Notes: a model not told the origin generated them from the letters alone. Counted from the stretch's first letter, positions 1-9,933 are shown. The stretch: DNA of 24,923 bases from a virus (IMGVR_UViG_3300025628_000013:1-24923); one strand, 5' to 3'. Translations and numbers: made by a program.

Positions 1-3000
1 TTGTCAGCACCACCAGCGGTAATTTGCACAATCACTCCCTCGCTGCCTGAACCTTCTACCGCTATATCCAGTCCGGATAGCTTCCATCGGTGGTATTCGT
101 CATTCACCGTCTTGAACTCGGTATCATATGATCCCTGTAAAGACTCGCTTGCAGTTGGAGGGGTGGCGGCTGCACCCGCGTTGTACGTCCACCCGGTAGT
201 ATTGTGTACGATAAGTTCTATGTCACACGTTGAGTCGTTTGCACCGCCACGCCACGCCGCCAACAGTCCCGTAATCGTGAAGTCTTCATTATCCGAATCC
301 CAGTATGCCGCCCAGCCGTAGTTACAGTTGAGAGCAATGTCTGCAACTACGGAAATCTGCCCGATCCACTTCTTCGTCGTCTCATAATACGTGCTGGCCG
401 GGTCTCCGTCAGCGACCACAATGACTTCGGTATCGGTTTCAACTCTGACTCCGGCATCGGTGAACGATGTTCCGGTCACGGTGAAGGTAGTCGCGACACC
501 CGGATCAGCACTCGTAACGATGTAAAAATGCGCTCCTTCGGCTTTGTCTGCCGATCCCCATGTGACCGCCGAATCGAAGTCGTTGATGGTTCCCGAATGA
601 TGGTAATACCCAGAACCCGGAATGTAATCGCCACCACCGTCAGCTTTTGACGAGAATGACCACTGGACACAATGCTCGTCGTGCTGTTCCCATGACAGCG
701 TTCCCGCACCGTCAGTCTGTAGTTTCGCGTTCTCAATCCCGTCAGCAGCAGGCCATGTGTACGACGTGTCCTCTGCCAGCGTGGGAGCGGAGAACCCGAC
801 GAAGTGCCCGCTGTCAGTCACGCGGATCTCACCGGCAACATCTATGTCCCCAGCAACATCGAACGCCCCGTCAACGTCAACGTCGCCCTCCATGTGAACG
901 TCACCGTCGTTATTCACGGTGAATACGCTAACCCTGGTACTACTATCATTCGCAACGAGAATCATTCCCTTGACGGTACCTATCGTTGACGCAAGTGTGA
1001 TCTTCCCGTCATCGATTGTCGTTTCGTGAGCAATTACACCACTCGCCCACGTAATAGCTATGCCGTTCGCGTCAATCACTGTCCCGTTTCCACCGGCTGT
1101 CATGACGTGAATTACACCACCATCATCCGCGTATATCTTCATCCCAGGGTACGTATCATAAACCTCATCACCGACCTCCATGATAAGGTTATCGTCGGGA
1201 TCATAGAACTCCAGTTGCGCGGCAGATGCGTCCATGATGACCCGCTGATTGGCTGCTCCGGTCTCTACATTTATCCCGGATATCTTTCCGGCGGTCATCT
1301 TTGAGGCATCGAGACCAGATGCTGCCAGCTTGGGATTTGTAACTGCACCGTCCTCAATCCCGATGATCCCGATGATGAGCGGTGTCCCGGTTGGCGTGAT
1401 CTCAAAGTCATCCGCACCGGTCGTCCAGTCGCTCAGTTCACCGAGGGTATTCCGTGACCTGATCTGAAACCGGTGGAGTCGGCCAGTCGTGAAGTCCTTG
1501 AACTCCGAAACGAGAGTGTCCGCGTCCACGGTCCACTGGTCGAACCAGTCCGTATCATCACCGTCATGCTGGACCCGGATTTCATACTGGTCGAGGACGA
1601 AGTTCGCCACCGGCTCAGTCCATACAAGATGAATGACGGTCCGGCTTCCGTCGGCAACCTCTTCAGAGCCACCCACGCCAATGGTCCACGCTGGAGCGAG
1701 CGGACGTGCTGGTGTGATTGTCGCAGGAGTCGAATCGAGCCATGTGCTGCTTGCATACTGGCGGTTCAGGATGCGTATATCGAAGTCGAACTCCACCTCA
1801 CTCACGAGGTCCGTGAACGTCATTGTAAGCTGAAGCGGGTCCGTGATCGTGTAGATGTTGGCATAATCAATCCCGCCGGAAGTCGCCTCGACCAGTATCT
1901 CATATGCGTAGAAGTCATATGCCGGAGTAGCAGTCCATCCGAGATTGACGACTGCTTTGTTATTCAGAACCTCAGCCGTCGCGGTGAACGTGGTGGCAGG
2001 GTTCGGGGCACCGGGAACGCCGGTAATTGTGTGCCGGATGAACGGAGACACGTCCGCCGATTCCGAGTTCCGCGTGAGAGACATAGCGAGCACGGCAATC
2101 TCGATTATGCTTCCGATTCTGAATGATGTGGACTTAATCGTGGACGACAGTAAGTCAGTCGGTGGAGGCCAGTGCCGTTTACCAGGTAGATAGTATGCCC
2201 AATACTCGCCGTCAGGTGGTGTATGCCCAATGTTACCTCCGGCCTTGCTATAGTAGACGACTCCCAGATACAGCACGAGGTCATCAGCGGCATACGTGGA
2301 ACCCGCGGCGTATGCCACGACACCAAGCGCACCAGCAGCCGTAGGATACTCCCTGATCCAGTACGTGGTATATGCTCCGGCGGGAGTGTTCGCGCTGTTC
2401 GAATCCGTTTTACTCCTGTAGGCATAGCCTCCATACAGCACCGTCTCATTTACGGAGTATGTCTTGCCGGTGTCCCATGCGTAACTTGCCCCGCTGATAG
2501 CCCAGTCAAACTGGTTCTCAGTCACGTCTCGCCACACGGTTGTCCACGCACCATGCTGACTCGGTATTGTAGCGGTCCAGTCAACGCGAAGATCCACCGC
2601 AAAGTTGTCGGCACGAACCTCCGAGACTTGCGGAGACAGTGCCCGGTTATACAGTTCCAGAGCCGACGTATCATCCGCTGGGACGTACACCTTTTCGTAT
2701 ACCGTCGCGTTGTATTGCTGTGCTGTGACGAGTCTGGTCTGGTCCTCTTCCTGCGAGATATTCAGGATGCGGAGGGTTTCGTATTGCTCATCCAATTCAC
2801 CGAACGCATAAACGTCCTCGGCAGTCGGAGAGGCCGTCGAAAATGCAGCTATAAACACCTGAGTCCCTGTAGTCTCGGTGAATACCGAGTAGACGGTAGC
2901 AGTCTCCAGTTCATCATCTGCATCCCGGACGGAAATGACATAATCAGTCCCCGGAACCATCGTCACGGAGCGGTCCAGTACTACCTCTCTGGTGTAGTAT

Positions 3001-5285
3001 TCCCACCATGTCTCATTTGGCGGAGTATTCTCGCTATTATCGTTCGCCTTACTGATGAAGAGCACCCGTTCGTAGAGCACCCCGTCACCAGAGTCATAGG
3101 TTGTACCAGCGTTGTATTCACTGCAGGCAAACGCCGTCGTCCCGTCTCGCAAATAGAAGGATTCCCAATGTGTAGAATCCGGTGGATTATTGAGATTCGC
3201 GCCCTCCAAGCTCGTCCAGATACCTCCACCATACAGGACAGTATCACCGGCGGAATATGTGTACGATGATGACCATGAGTAATCCACACCAGTCAGTGCC
3301 CAGTTCAGTACGTTCTCAGTTTCCGAATTGTATGAAACGATCCGGCCACCGAATCCCCACTGCGGAACCTCAGCGGAGAACGCAACCACATCCCCTATCT
3401 CGGCGGCCAACGCATCCACACCGACCTTGAACGTGGTGATACGAGATGCTGGTCCCTGAGACCGGAGAATATGCTTCGCGTGTTTGTATGCCTGCGCGAA
3501 ACTGGTCACTCCACGAAGCTGGACCCGCGCCGGGGTTCCGTACTCGTTCAGGTCGTCGAGACCGTCAGTAAGAACGAGAGCGGTCCGGGGATCGTAGTTC
3601 TGATCGGCAGGCCAGTATGTGACCTCTAGCGAGTTCGCGAAGTCGTCTGTATTTGCCCACTCCGTCCGGTAGCTTCCGGCCACGGTATTCCCGGCGGTGA
3701 ATAGCTGACTCACGCTCTCAGCTTTGTCCGCGATGAGCTTGAACGTGGTCCCATCGACTACGACCATACAACGTCCGATCTGACAGACCTGCATGACCTG
3801 ATCCCAGATGGTCGATGAGCCGTCCAGCACCAGATTGCATTCGAGACCTCCGTGGGTCTCGCCGGTATCCTCTTGCCAATCAGCGACTGACTTGAACGAA
3901 TCATAATCGAGATCGTCTTTGGAAACCCCAGCACCATACGCCACGCCGTCAGATACGTATGTCGGATGGTCCGCGCTTCCGTTCGTCAGCAAGTCATAGA
4001 TGATCCACGCAGGAGTTGAAGAGGCAACAGAATCCCATGCCAGTGTGCCTGTGTTGTATGCGCTAATATCTCCACGGGTTATAATCACGGTCGTTCTGAG
4101 GCTTCCAGAAACCTGCTCCGTCGCCAGTGCTGAAATACCAAGCAACGCCTCGTTCGGATAGGTGAACGGGTCGTTGACGATGGTCGAGAAGTTTGTGAGG
4201 ATCACGGGAAGGTCTTCGTTGAGAGATGAAGTCCCGCTACGGACGCGAACCTTCAGAGGGTGAGTCGCTACCGGTGAAAACTCTGCGCCAGGTTCCGTCC
4301 TTAGAGATAGATACACGGCTTCCGTCGAGGTCTTCCACGCCCAGAACGCCGTCCCGGTAGCATCGGTTTCTACCCATGCCGCGTCACCAGAATGGAACCC
4401 GTTCGCTCCCGCAACCATTACAGTTGTGCTCTGGACAGGGGCATTCCAATTCGCCCCGTTGTCGGTGCTGTATTCGACGAAGATTTTTACGTGTCCACCG
4501 GAGCTTATAGTGGCACCGTACATACCTCCGGGGAAAGCGAAGTCAAGCTGGAAACCGTCGGCGAACTCTCCAGAGGCGGTGAATGTCTGATATGCTGCAC
4601 CTTCGACAAGTGTGACACCTTCAGGGTTGTTCGAGAACGTCTCCTGGAATGCATCAATGACCGTCTGGGAGTTCGTCCCGAGCCGTGTCGCAATCGTCGC
4701 GTCAGTGATATTGGCGATGGGATTGTCGTTGACTCGAACGCCCGTGATACTACTCACCTCGTGACAAGTCAGGCCGTAGAGGACATTCAGCTCTTGGCTG
4801 GTGCCGGTGATCTTGACGTATTGCTGCTTGACAACAGGTACGATGCGAGCCACACCGCACACGATGGGCATTGGTATCTCATGAGCCGCGCTCTCATTCG
4901 GGCTGTATCCCCACTTATATGACTGAGATGAGTCGTCCTCCTTCGTCCTGATAGGCCACCACTGGTTGATAGCCTTCATACCGTAATGGTAGACTCCTGC
5001 ACTAACGAACGGACCGGCGGATGGGATGAATAATGAAGCGACCGACGCGATGGTCACTAGCCTCGTCGCTGTCTTCTTGCCAGTGATGTGCCGCGCCACG
5101 TAGATCGTATCACCAGCTACCGGGATATACTCATCTACATCCAGTACGTAATCCCCCGATACCGCGACCCATTCACCGGGTTCAAGATGCTCCCGGAGGA
5201 CCACGCCACGAGGTTCATCACGGAATATCTTCGGGTTGCCAGACTCGAACGGGTCGTATTTGACGATCATTGTAAACGTGTTCAT
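1..5285 (-). CDS. Central tail-tip / host-specificity protein (gpI-like N-terminus fused to lambda gpJ-like core, CBM5/12-like inserts, FN3-like repeats, fibre-like C-terminus); truncated by window edge, >1760 aa
   Basis: Missing from the ORF track because there is no stop in the window. ATG at 5285 overlaps the gpK stop (ATGA). Manual translation runs MNTFTMIVKYDPFESG... to ...QITAGGAD. gpJ-like motifs: IPMPIVCGVARI, TYPNEALLGI, STPAWIIYDLLTN, LFTAGN, LRGVTSFAQAYKHAK, AEIGDVV, GGRIVS...VLDRSV. Follows gpM-gpL-gpK. Confidence 0.9.
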   Translation of the reverse strand, partial: MNTFTMIVKYDPFESGNPKIFRDEPRGVVLREHLEPGEWVAVSGDYVLDVDEYIPVAGDTIYVARHITGKKTATRLVTIASVASLFIPSAGPFVSAGVYHYGMKAINQWWPIRTKEDDSSQSYKWGYSPNESAAHEIPMPIVCGVARIVPVVKQQYVKITGTSQELNVLYGLTCHEVSSITGVRVNDNPIANITDATIATRLGTNSQTVIDAFQETFSNNPEGVTLVEGAAYQTFTASGEFADGFQLDFAFPGGMYGATISSGGHVKIFVEYSTDNGANWNAPVQSTTVMVAGANGFHSGDAAWVETDATGTAFWAWKTSTEAVYLSLRTEPGAEFSPVATHPLKVRVRSGTSSLNEDLPVILTNFSTIVNDPFTYPNEALLGISALATEQVSGSLRTTVIITRGDISAYNTGTLAWDSVASSTPAWIIYDLLTNGSADHPTYVSDGVAYGAGVSKDDLDYDSFKSVADWQEDTGETHGGLECNLVLDGSSTIWDQVMQVCQIGRCMVVVDGTTFKLIADKAESVSQLFTAGNTVAGSYRTEWANTDDFANSLEVTYWPADQNYDPRTALVLTDGLDDLNEYGTPARVQLRGVTSFAQAYKHAKHILRSQGPASRITTFKVGVDALAAEIGDVVAFSAEVPQWGFGGRIVSYNSETENVLNWALTGVDYSWSSSYTYSAGDTVLYGGGIWTSLEGANLNNPPDSTHWESFYLRDGTTAFACSEYNAGTTYDSGDGVLYERVLFISKANDNSENTPPNETWWEYYTREVVLDRSVTMVPGTDYVISVRDADDELETATVYSVFTETTGTQVFIAAFSTASPTAEDVYAFGELDEQYETLRILNISQEEDQTRLVTAQQYNATVYEKVYVPADDTSALELYNRALSPQVSEVRADNFAVDLRVDWTATIPSQHGAWTTVWRDVTENQFDWAISGASYAWDTGKTYSVNETVLYGGYAYRSKTDSNSANTPAGAYTTYWIREYPTAAGALGVVAYAAGSTYAADDLVLYLGVVYYSKAGGNIGHTPPDGEYWAYYLPGKRHWPPPTDLLSSTIKSTSFRIGSIIEIAVLAMSLTRNSESADVSPFIRHTITGVPGAPNPATTFTATAEVLNNKAVVNLGWTATPAYDFYAYEILVEATSGGIDYANIYTITDPLQLTMTFTDLVSEVEFDFDIRILNRQYASSTWLDSTPATITPARPLAPAWTIGVGGSEEVADGSRTVIHLVWTEPVANFVLDQYEIRVQHDGDDTDWFDQWTVDADTLVSEFKDFTTGRLHRFQIRSRNTLGELSDWTTGADDFEITPTGTPLIIGIIGIEDGAVTNPKLAASGLDASKMTAGKISGINVETGAANQRVIMDASAAQLEFYDPDDNLIMEVGDEVYDTYPGMKIYADDGGVIHVMTAGGNGTVIDANGIAITWASGVIAHETTIDDGKITLASTIGTVKGMILVANDSSTRVSVFTVNNDGDVHMEGDVDVDGAFDVAGDIDVAGEIRVTDSGHFVGFSAPTLAEDTSYTWPAADGIENAKLQTDGAGTLSWEQHDEHCVQWSFSSKADGGGDYIPGSGYYHHSGTINDFDSAVTWGSADKAEGAHFYIVTSADPGVATTFTVTGTSFTDAGVRVETDTEVIVVADGDPASTYYETTKKWIGQISVVADIALNCNYGWAAYWDSDNEDFTITGLLAAWRGGANDSTCDIELIVHNTTGWTYNAGAAATPPTASESLQGSYDTEFKTVNDEYHRWKLSGLDIAVEGSGSEGVIVQITAGGAD

Positions 5286-5662
5286 TGTTCGCTCCATGCG
5301 TAGAATCCGATGATATCCCGTTTCAACTTGGCACGCCGTTCGATAACGCAACCAGTCTCCGCGCCTGTATGGATGATACGTCCTTCACCGATATATACAC
5401 CAGCGTGGTGCCCTCCGCACGTTCTCGACATCAGAACGGCTAGCGGAGGGTCCGAGAACTCTGGACACGTCTCTGTCCAGCCCAGTAATTCAGCCATACG
5501 CCCAGCGTCGCCTACAACGCGACCGCGCGGCAGGTAATCCGGGATCACGATCCCGTACAAACGAAAGACCTCCATCAAGAGGCCGTAGCAGTCGAGTCCG
5601 GTGTTGATGTCACGGCCAAGGTACAAATACGGCACGCGGAGAAGGTGCGACAGTTCAGGCAT
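5282..5662 (-). CDS. NlpC/P60 (C40) tail-tip assembly protein, gpK-like, without JAB domain
   Basis: Motifs PYLYLGRD-GLDCYGL and HHAGVYIGEGRIIH give the Cys/His catalytic pair. Likely start MPELSHLL at 5662 overlaps the gpL stop; the track start (5713) is probably too long. Confidence 0.9.
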   Translation of the reverse strand: MPELSHLLRVPYLYLGRDINTGLDCYGLLMEVFRLYGIVIPDYLPRGRVVGDAGRMAELLGWTETCPEFSDPPLAVLMSRTCGGHHAGVYIGEGRIIHTGAETGCVIERRAKLKRDIIGFYAWSEQ

Positions 5663-6479
5663 ACATACGGCCTTCCATACCGGGCGAACCTCCGTATCGG
5701 GCGGCGTTGTCATTCGCCCGGCAGGTCACGAGCCTGTGGTCACAGATCACCGTGATTGTCACATCTTCCCCCGTGCCTTCGGTCGCAATTGCTTCAACTA
5801 CAGTGACGGTCGTATTCGTGAGGTCATAGACCGCTGAGACAATGGTGTATTCCCCGTCGTTCAATGCACTCCCAGATACGTCAATCCGCTGGTCCTCCGC
5901 GAACTCGCCGGTCTGGTCACCAGGTATCGTGATGGTATCTGTCGCGGTAAAGCTGATCGTATCCAGCGGACCGACATCTCCATCCGCAAACTGACAGACT
6001 GCACCCCGGAATACGTGACGGCAGAATCCGGGAATATACCGGTCGCGTGGAATCCTTTTCTGGTACAGGTTCAGTGATCCCAATTCAACATCCAGCCAAT
6101 CCTCATCGGACGCAATCTTGTTGATGATGAACCGCCACTGATCCGCGAGTACTGGACTGGCCGGGTCATATATCAGGAGCATGGTGACCGCACAGCCTGA
6201 CAGACCGTCGGTAGTATGCAGATAGGGTTCTAGCACGCGGGAAGGGTTCCCGACCTTCATGGTCAGCGATGGGAGTCTCCCGTCACTGCTCTGGTTGACC
6301 GTCCCGAACGCCATCGGCAGTGCCGTGTAGTCCTCTCCATCATACCTCACGTCGTCCCGTTCCCGTGCCATCCTGATGACGGTCGTATCCTTCAGCGTGA
6401 GTTCAATGAGGATCACCCACGGAGCGTCAACGGACAGCGCATTCTTCGCTGTGATAATTGCCGAATCGAGCGTTTTCAT
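5655..6479 (-). CDS. Tail-tip protein gpL-like (minor tail protein L) with Fe-S-type cysteines
   Basis: YDGEDYTALP, GRLPSLTMKVGN, C153-x8-C162...C246-x6-C253 and terminal RYGGSPG; lies between gpM and gpK. Confidence 0.85.
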   Translation of the reverse strand: MKTLDSAIITAKNALSVDAPWVILIELTLKDTTVIRMARERDDVRYDGEDYTALPMAFGTVNQSSDGRLPSLTMKVGNPSRVLEPYLHTTDGLSGCAVTMLLIYDPASPVLADQWRFIINKIASDEDWLDVELGSLNLYQKRIPRDRYIPGFCRHVFRGAVCQFADGDVGPLDTISFTATDTITIPGDQTGEFAEDQRIDVSGSALNDGEYTIVSAVYDLTNTTVTVVEAIATEGTGEDVTITVICDHRLVTCRANDNAARYGGSPGMEGRMYA

Positions 6480-6844
6480 TATGCTTCCTCAAGCTCGAAT
6501 ACGACCGCATACCACGTTGTAGCTGCTGCTGGTCCGCTCACAACCATGGAAACATCGAGAAGGGTTCCGGGTGTGAATCGGACCGTGTGGTTTCCTGCCT
6601 CCGTATCCGTCCAGTCAAACCGTTCGGATGAACCGAGGACCGTCTCCCGGTAGAACGTCTCCAGCAGTGCGTAGTCAGTCCCGGTCATCGCGTCGTATGT
6701 AACTTCCCACCTACGGACGCTCCGGGTGAAACGTGGCCGTGACTGGACGTATCCCGCCTCAAAATCGGTGATGATTGCAGGATTCACCGGAACAGGAGGA
6801 GGCCGAATTGTAGGATCGGCACTGAGTGTTGGAAACGTAGCCAT
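6479..6844 (-). CDS. Distal tail protein, gpM-like
   Basis: ITDFEAGYVQSRPRFT, LETFY and ERFDWTD motifs; 121 aa; directly after the tape measure. Confidence 0.85.
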   Translation of the reverse strand: MATFPTLSADPTIRPPPVPVNPAIITDFEAGYVQSRPRFTRSVRRWEVTYDAMTGTDYALLETFYRETVLGSSERFDWTDTEAGNHTVRFTPGTLLDVSMVVSGPAAATTWYAVVFELEEA

Positions 6845-6847
6845 TGC

Positions 6848-8725
6848 CTATCCCCTGACTATCTGTCTGAAACGTGGATCGGTTGCTATTCGACCAGCAA
6901 CAACCGTGATGATATAATCCTCTGGCCCGACCTGTGAAACTTCGGCTGTCATCGGTTCACCTGTGCTGTTGTTGACCGTGACGTTGATATTCACTGGGGA
7001 TGTCCCACCGCCGCTGATCCTTGCCATACCGCTTAGACCCGGTGACACGTCTGGGACAGGTGCAGTGGTAGACATGGCTGCGTTTGCGCCCGGTATGAAG
7101 GCCGTCAAACCTTTCACGAACAATCCAGGCCCCTCACCAAACATCCAGTCTGCCATGCGGTACGCCTGAAGGTCCAGCATACGGGATATCATACTGTCGA
7201 TCATCCGACTGAACATATCCTGCATAATCTGAGTCGCTGACTTCTCACCGGCGATCAGATCATCGAACATGGTCCTGAAGTTCTGCCCGGCATCCATCCT
7301 CACGCCCTGCATAGTCATCGCGATATCATCCTCGAACGTCGGGAGGGAACTGCGGACCCTCTTCAGAGCCTTGAACCACTCATCACCAAACGTCTGGGGG
7401 AACTCAAGCAATTCTGCGCGTGGCAGTGTCTCATCAATAGCGAACAGCGGGGTGTCTCTGAGGTCATCGGAGGACGCTCCGAGTTCCTTCTGAGCCGTTG
7501 TGATATCGCGGACTGCCGTTGCGAACTCCTGAGCCGCGTATGCCTTGTCACTGAGGTCTCCGGGCTTGTCTTGGTCATAGATAAATGGGCCGCTGACAAG
7601 CTTAACCGGTTCCTTTACCACGTCTTCCTGCTTGAACTCAAGGAGTTTCGTCAATCCGTCGCGGAGTATCTGGGCATCAACCATACTCTGGGAGTAGCTG
7701 GCGATCAGCTTTGCATCATCAGCTTTAACCGCAGTCATGAGGTTATTGAATGCCTTGCTTTCGTCCTCTCGTGTATCCTGAATCTGCTTCTGTAGTTTCC
7801 CGACATCATCCAATGCCGCGAAAGCCTTGTCTTCACGCAGTTTCTTCGCTTCTGCAAGAGCCTTCGTGATACCGGCTGCATCAAAAACACTGACAAATGG
7901 GTCAAACAATGCGAACGCAGTCATCCAACTCACGTCGATCTTGTCTGACACGGTTGCGAGGTCTGTGAGGACATCCACGAAGTCGGTCATTGTCGGGAGT
8001 AGCTTCAGCCCAACGGAGACCTTCATCGCGTCCGTTGCGCGTGTCAGTTCATCCATGGAATCCACGAACTTTGCGGCGGTCTTCGCGTCCAGCGTTGACC
8101 AGACAGAGCCGAGTTCCTTCGCACGCTCCATCATCTCCCTGATCCCGGCGGAACCCTGATTCAGCATTGGGAGAAGCTGTGGACCCATCCGACGACCGAT
8201 GGTCAGGCCAGCCATCGCGGCCTTCTCCGCTTCGCTGGTCATCTTCACGAGGGCATCTGAAACGTCCAGCAGCACGTCGGAAGCCTTGCGGAGTTTGCCG
8301 TCGGAATCAACGACATCAACGCCAAGTTTCGCATACGCCTTGGACGTTTCGTTTGTCCCCTGCCGAGCCATGTCCATACGGGAGGTCATGCGGATGAATG
8401 CTTGTTCGAGGTTCTGGAGTGAGGCACCGGATTGTGTAGCCGCGAATCCGAGAGCAGAGAGCGTTTCGACCGTCTCTCCGGTCCGTCCAGCCATCTTGTC
8501 GAAGTCATCACCGATGGCGGCGGTATCAAGTGCGATCTTGCGGAGGGCGACCAGCGCGGCGGTGCCCATTGCGGCCAGTGAGACTCCGAGACCTTTGACC
8601 AGTTTCGTGTTCGATTTGATGACTGACCCGAAAGATTTCCCCTCTGCGCGAGCTTTCTTGAACTCCTTTTTCCAGTTGCCTTTCAGGTCGAGTTCCTGAT
8701 ATATCCCACCAGCGAAAAAGGCCAT
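6848..8725 (-). CDS. Tape measure protein
   Basis: About 625 aa, Ala/Leu-rich helical sequence with TMP-type motifs (GDDFDKMAGRTGETVETLSALGFAA, LLPMLNQGSAGI) and a C-terminal VNINVTVNN. Follows the chaperone. ATG at 8725 has upstream GGGAGTGA; the track uses GTG at 8734. Confidence 0.9.
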   Translation of the reverse strand: MAFFAGGIYQELDLKGNWKKEFKKARAEGKSFGSVIKSNTKLVKGLGVSLAAMGTAALVALRKIALDTAAIGDDFDKMAGRTGETVETLSALGFAATQSGASLQNLEQAFIRMTSRMDMARQGTNETSKAYAKLGVDVVDSDGKLRKASDVLLDVSDALVKMTSEAEKAAMAGLTIGRRMGPQLLPMLNQGSAGIREMMERAKELGSVWSTLDAKTAAKFVDSMDELTRATDAMKVSVGLKLLPTMTDFVDVLTDLATVSDKIDVSWMTAFALFDPFVSVFDAAGITKALAEAKKLREDKAFAALDDVGKLQKQIQDTREDESKAFNNLMTAVKADDAKLIASYSQSMVDAQILRDGLTKLLEFKQEDVVKEPVKLVSGPFIYDQDKPGDLSDKAYAAQEFATAVRDITTAQKELGASSDDLRDTPLFAIDETLPRAELLEFPQTFGDEWFKALKRVRSSLPTFEDDIAMTMQGVRMDAGQNFRTMFDDLIAGEKSATQIMQDMFSRMIDSMISRMLDLQAYRMADWMFGEGPGLFVKGLTAFIPGANAAMSTTAPVPDVSPGLSGMARISGGGTSPVNINVTVNNSTGEPMTAEVSQVGPEDYIITVVAGRIATDPRFRQIVRG

Positions 8726-8726
8726 G

Positions 8727-9304
8727 TCATTCACTCCCTATCGAGGCAGACTGTTCAAGGTTGGCGGTTGCGGCTCCCACTTCCAGCTTTCGGATCTTGA
8801 ACTGAGTCAACGCAGCCGTCCTCTGGTCACCGGCCATAGACGCATCATGCGCGAGGCTCCGCAGGAACGCCAGATTCGCTTCACGCTCCCACGCAGCGAC
8901 CTCTCGGTACTCCATGTCGATCAGGTCTTTGTATCTGAAGAGTCCAGGGAGATTGGTGCAGATGAATCCGATCTGTGCAGTCTTTTTTTTACTGCTTCAG
9001 AAACGCACGTCATCTGCCGTTCCGTATCTCCCATAATGAACAGGAACGCACACCGTAGCGTGAAGACCTCCGTCTCCGCAAATACTACCGGGTCCACGTT
9101 GACGAGACGAGCGATGGACCGCTGGAGCAGACCAGCCTCCTCAGCGTCATCTGCCGCGAGGATTGCGTCCTCATCCTTCGCGTTGCGCTTGAGTGTCGCG
9201 TCATTGATCTTGCCGACGGTGTAGACCGTCCCGTCGATGAGTAGCTGGATTGGCTCCGTAACGCTCTCGGCCAATTCGTTCGCATTGAATACAGTATCAG
9301 TCAT
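8727..9304 (-). CDS. Frameshifted tail assembly chaperone (gpGT-like, ~192 aa) via -1 shift at 8984-8990
   Basis: The -1 frame is open from the A8 run (KTAQIGFICTNLPGLFRYKDLIDMEYREVAAWER...) and joins track ORF 8727..8915. Confidence 0.8.
8921..9304 (-). CDS. Tail assembly chaperone (gpG-like)
   Basis: 127-aa acidic protein between tail tube and TMP; contains the slippery run GTA AAA AAA AGA. Confidence 0.8.
   Translation of the reverse strand: MTDTVFNANELAESVTEPIQLLIDGTVYTVGKINDATLKRNAKDEDAILAADDAEEAGLLQRSIARLVNVDPVVFAETEVFTLRCAFLFIMGDTERQMTCVSEAVKKRLHRSDSSAPISLDSSDTKT
8983..8990 (-). promoter_or_regulatory. Programmed -1 ribosomal frameshift slippery site (A AAA AAA)
   Basis: Eight-A run in X XXY YYZ register in the chaperone frame, at the canonical location upstream of the TMP. 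Confidence 0.8.
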
Positions 9305-9921
9305 GCTGCGTTTACTCCAGTTTTCCAGAGATAGTTGTACGTGCTTTCCACGGTGCCGATAGTGAGCAATTCGCTCATCAGCAAGCCTTCGACCTCGACT
9401 TCAATGCCCCGATTTGCCACGGTGTCTGCCATGAACTGCATGGGAGACCCTATGATCCTCGGGACACCACGAGGGATGATAATGGTCTTGTTGGCAACGT
9501 CGGATGCTGCGCCCTCGTCACGCGGTGTGAGCGTCCATGCAAGCTTACGGGCCAGACCAGAAACGCCCGCCGGATTTTGCTGCGTGTATGCAGTTTCTTC
9601 CGCGACCGCACTGACTGTGGCTTTCCCGGACATCTCTGCTATCGCTTCCAGTGTCTTGTCGGTGAACGGTGTAAGCACGAGTTTCACCTCGCGCATCTTG
9701 AATGTGAGCTTGCAGGTTGATCCCGCATACATACGGTCCACGGCGGTCTTCCCGTGTTCGTACTGCTCAATCTCACCGGCGAGAACGTCGTCATACTCGA
9801 ACGATATCTCACTATCATTCGCCATGAATATGTTATGAGCGACAGGCGTTTCCGCTTCGCCGAACAGTGCGACGACAGACAGGTCAGCCGTTCCAGCATC
9901 AAAGAAATGAAAATTGGCCAT
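9301..9921 (-). CDS. Tail tube-like protein, copy 2
   Basis: 206 aa, directly upstream of the chaperone; shares motifs along its length with 9934..10521. Confidence 0.7.
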   Translation of the reverse strand: MANFHFFDAGTADLSVVALFGEAETPVAHNIFMANDSEISFEYDDVLAGEIEQYEHGKTAVDRMYAGSTCKLTFKMREVKLVLTPFTDKTLEAIAEMSGKATVSAVAEETAYTQQNPAGVSGLARKLAWTLTPRDEGAASDVANKTIIIPRGVPRIIGSPMQFMADTVANRGIEVEVEGLLMSELLTIGTVESTYNYLWKTGVNAA

Positions 9922-9933
9922 ATACTGTTACTC

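Noticed and set aside
2223-3269. 348-aa + strand ORF and the many other + strand ORFs between 1 and 24512
   Set aside because: Antisense shadows of well-supported minus-strand genes; Arg/Ser-rich or mirror-codon composition with no recognisable motifs.
8727-8915. 62-aa stand-alone ORF
   Set aside because: No clear SD; better explained as the -1 frame part of the GT chaperone.
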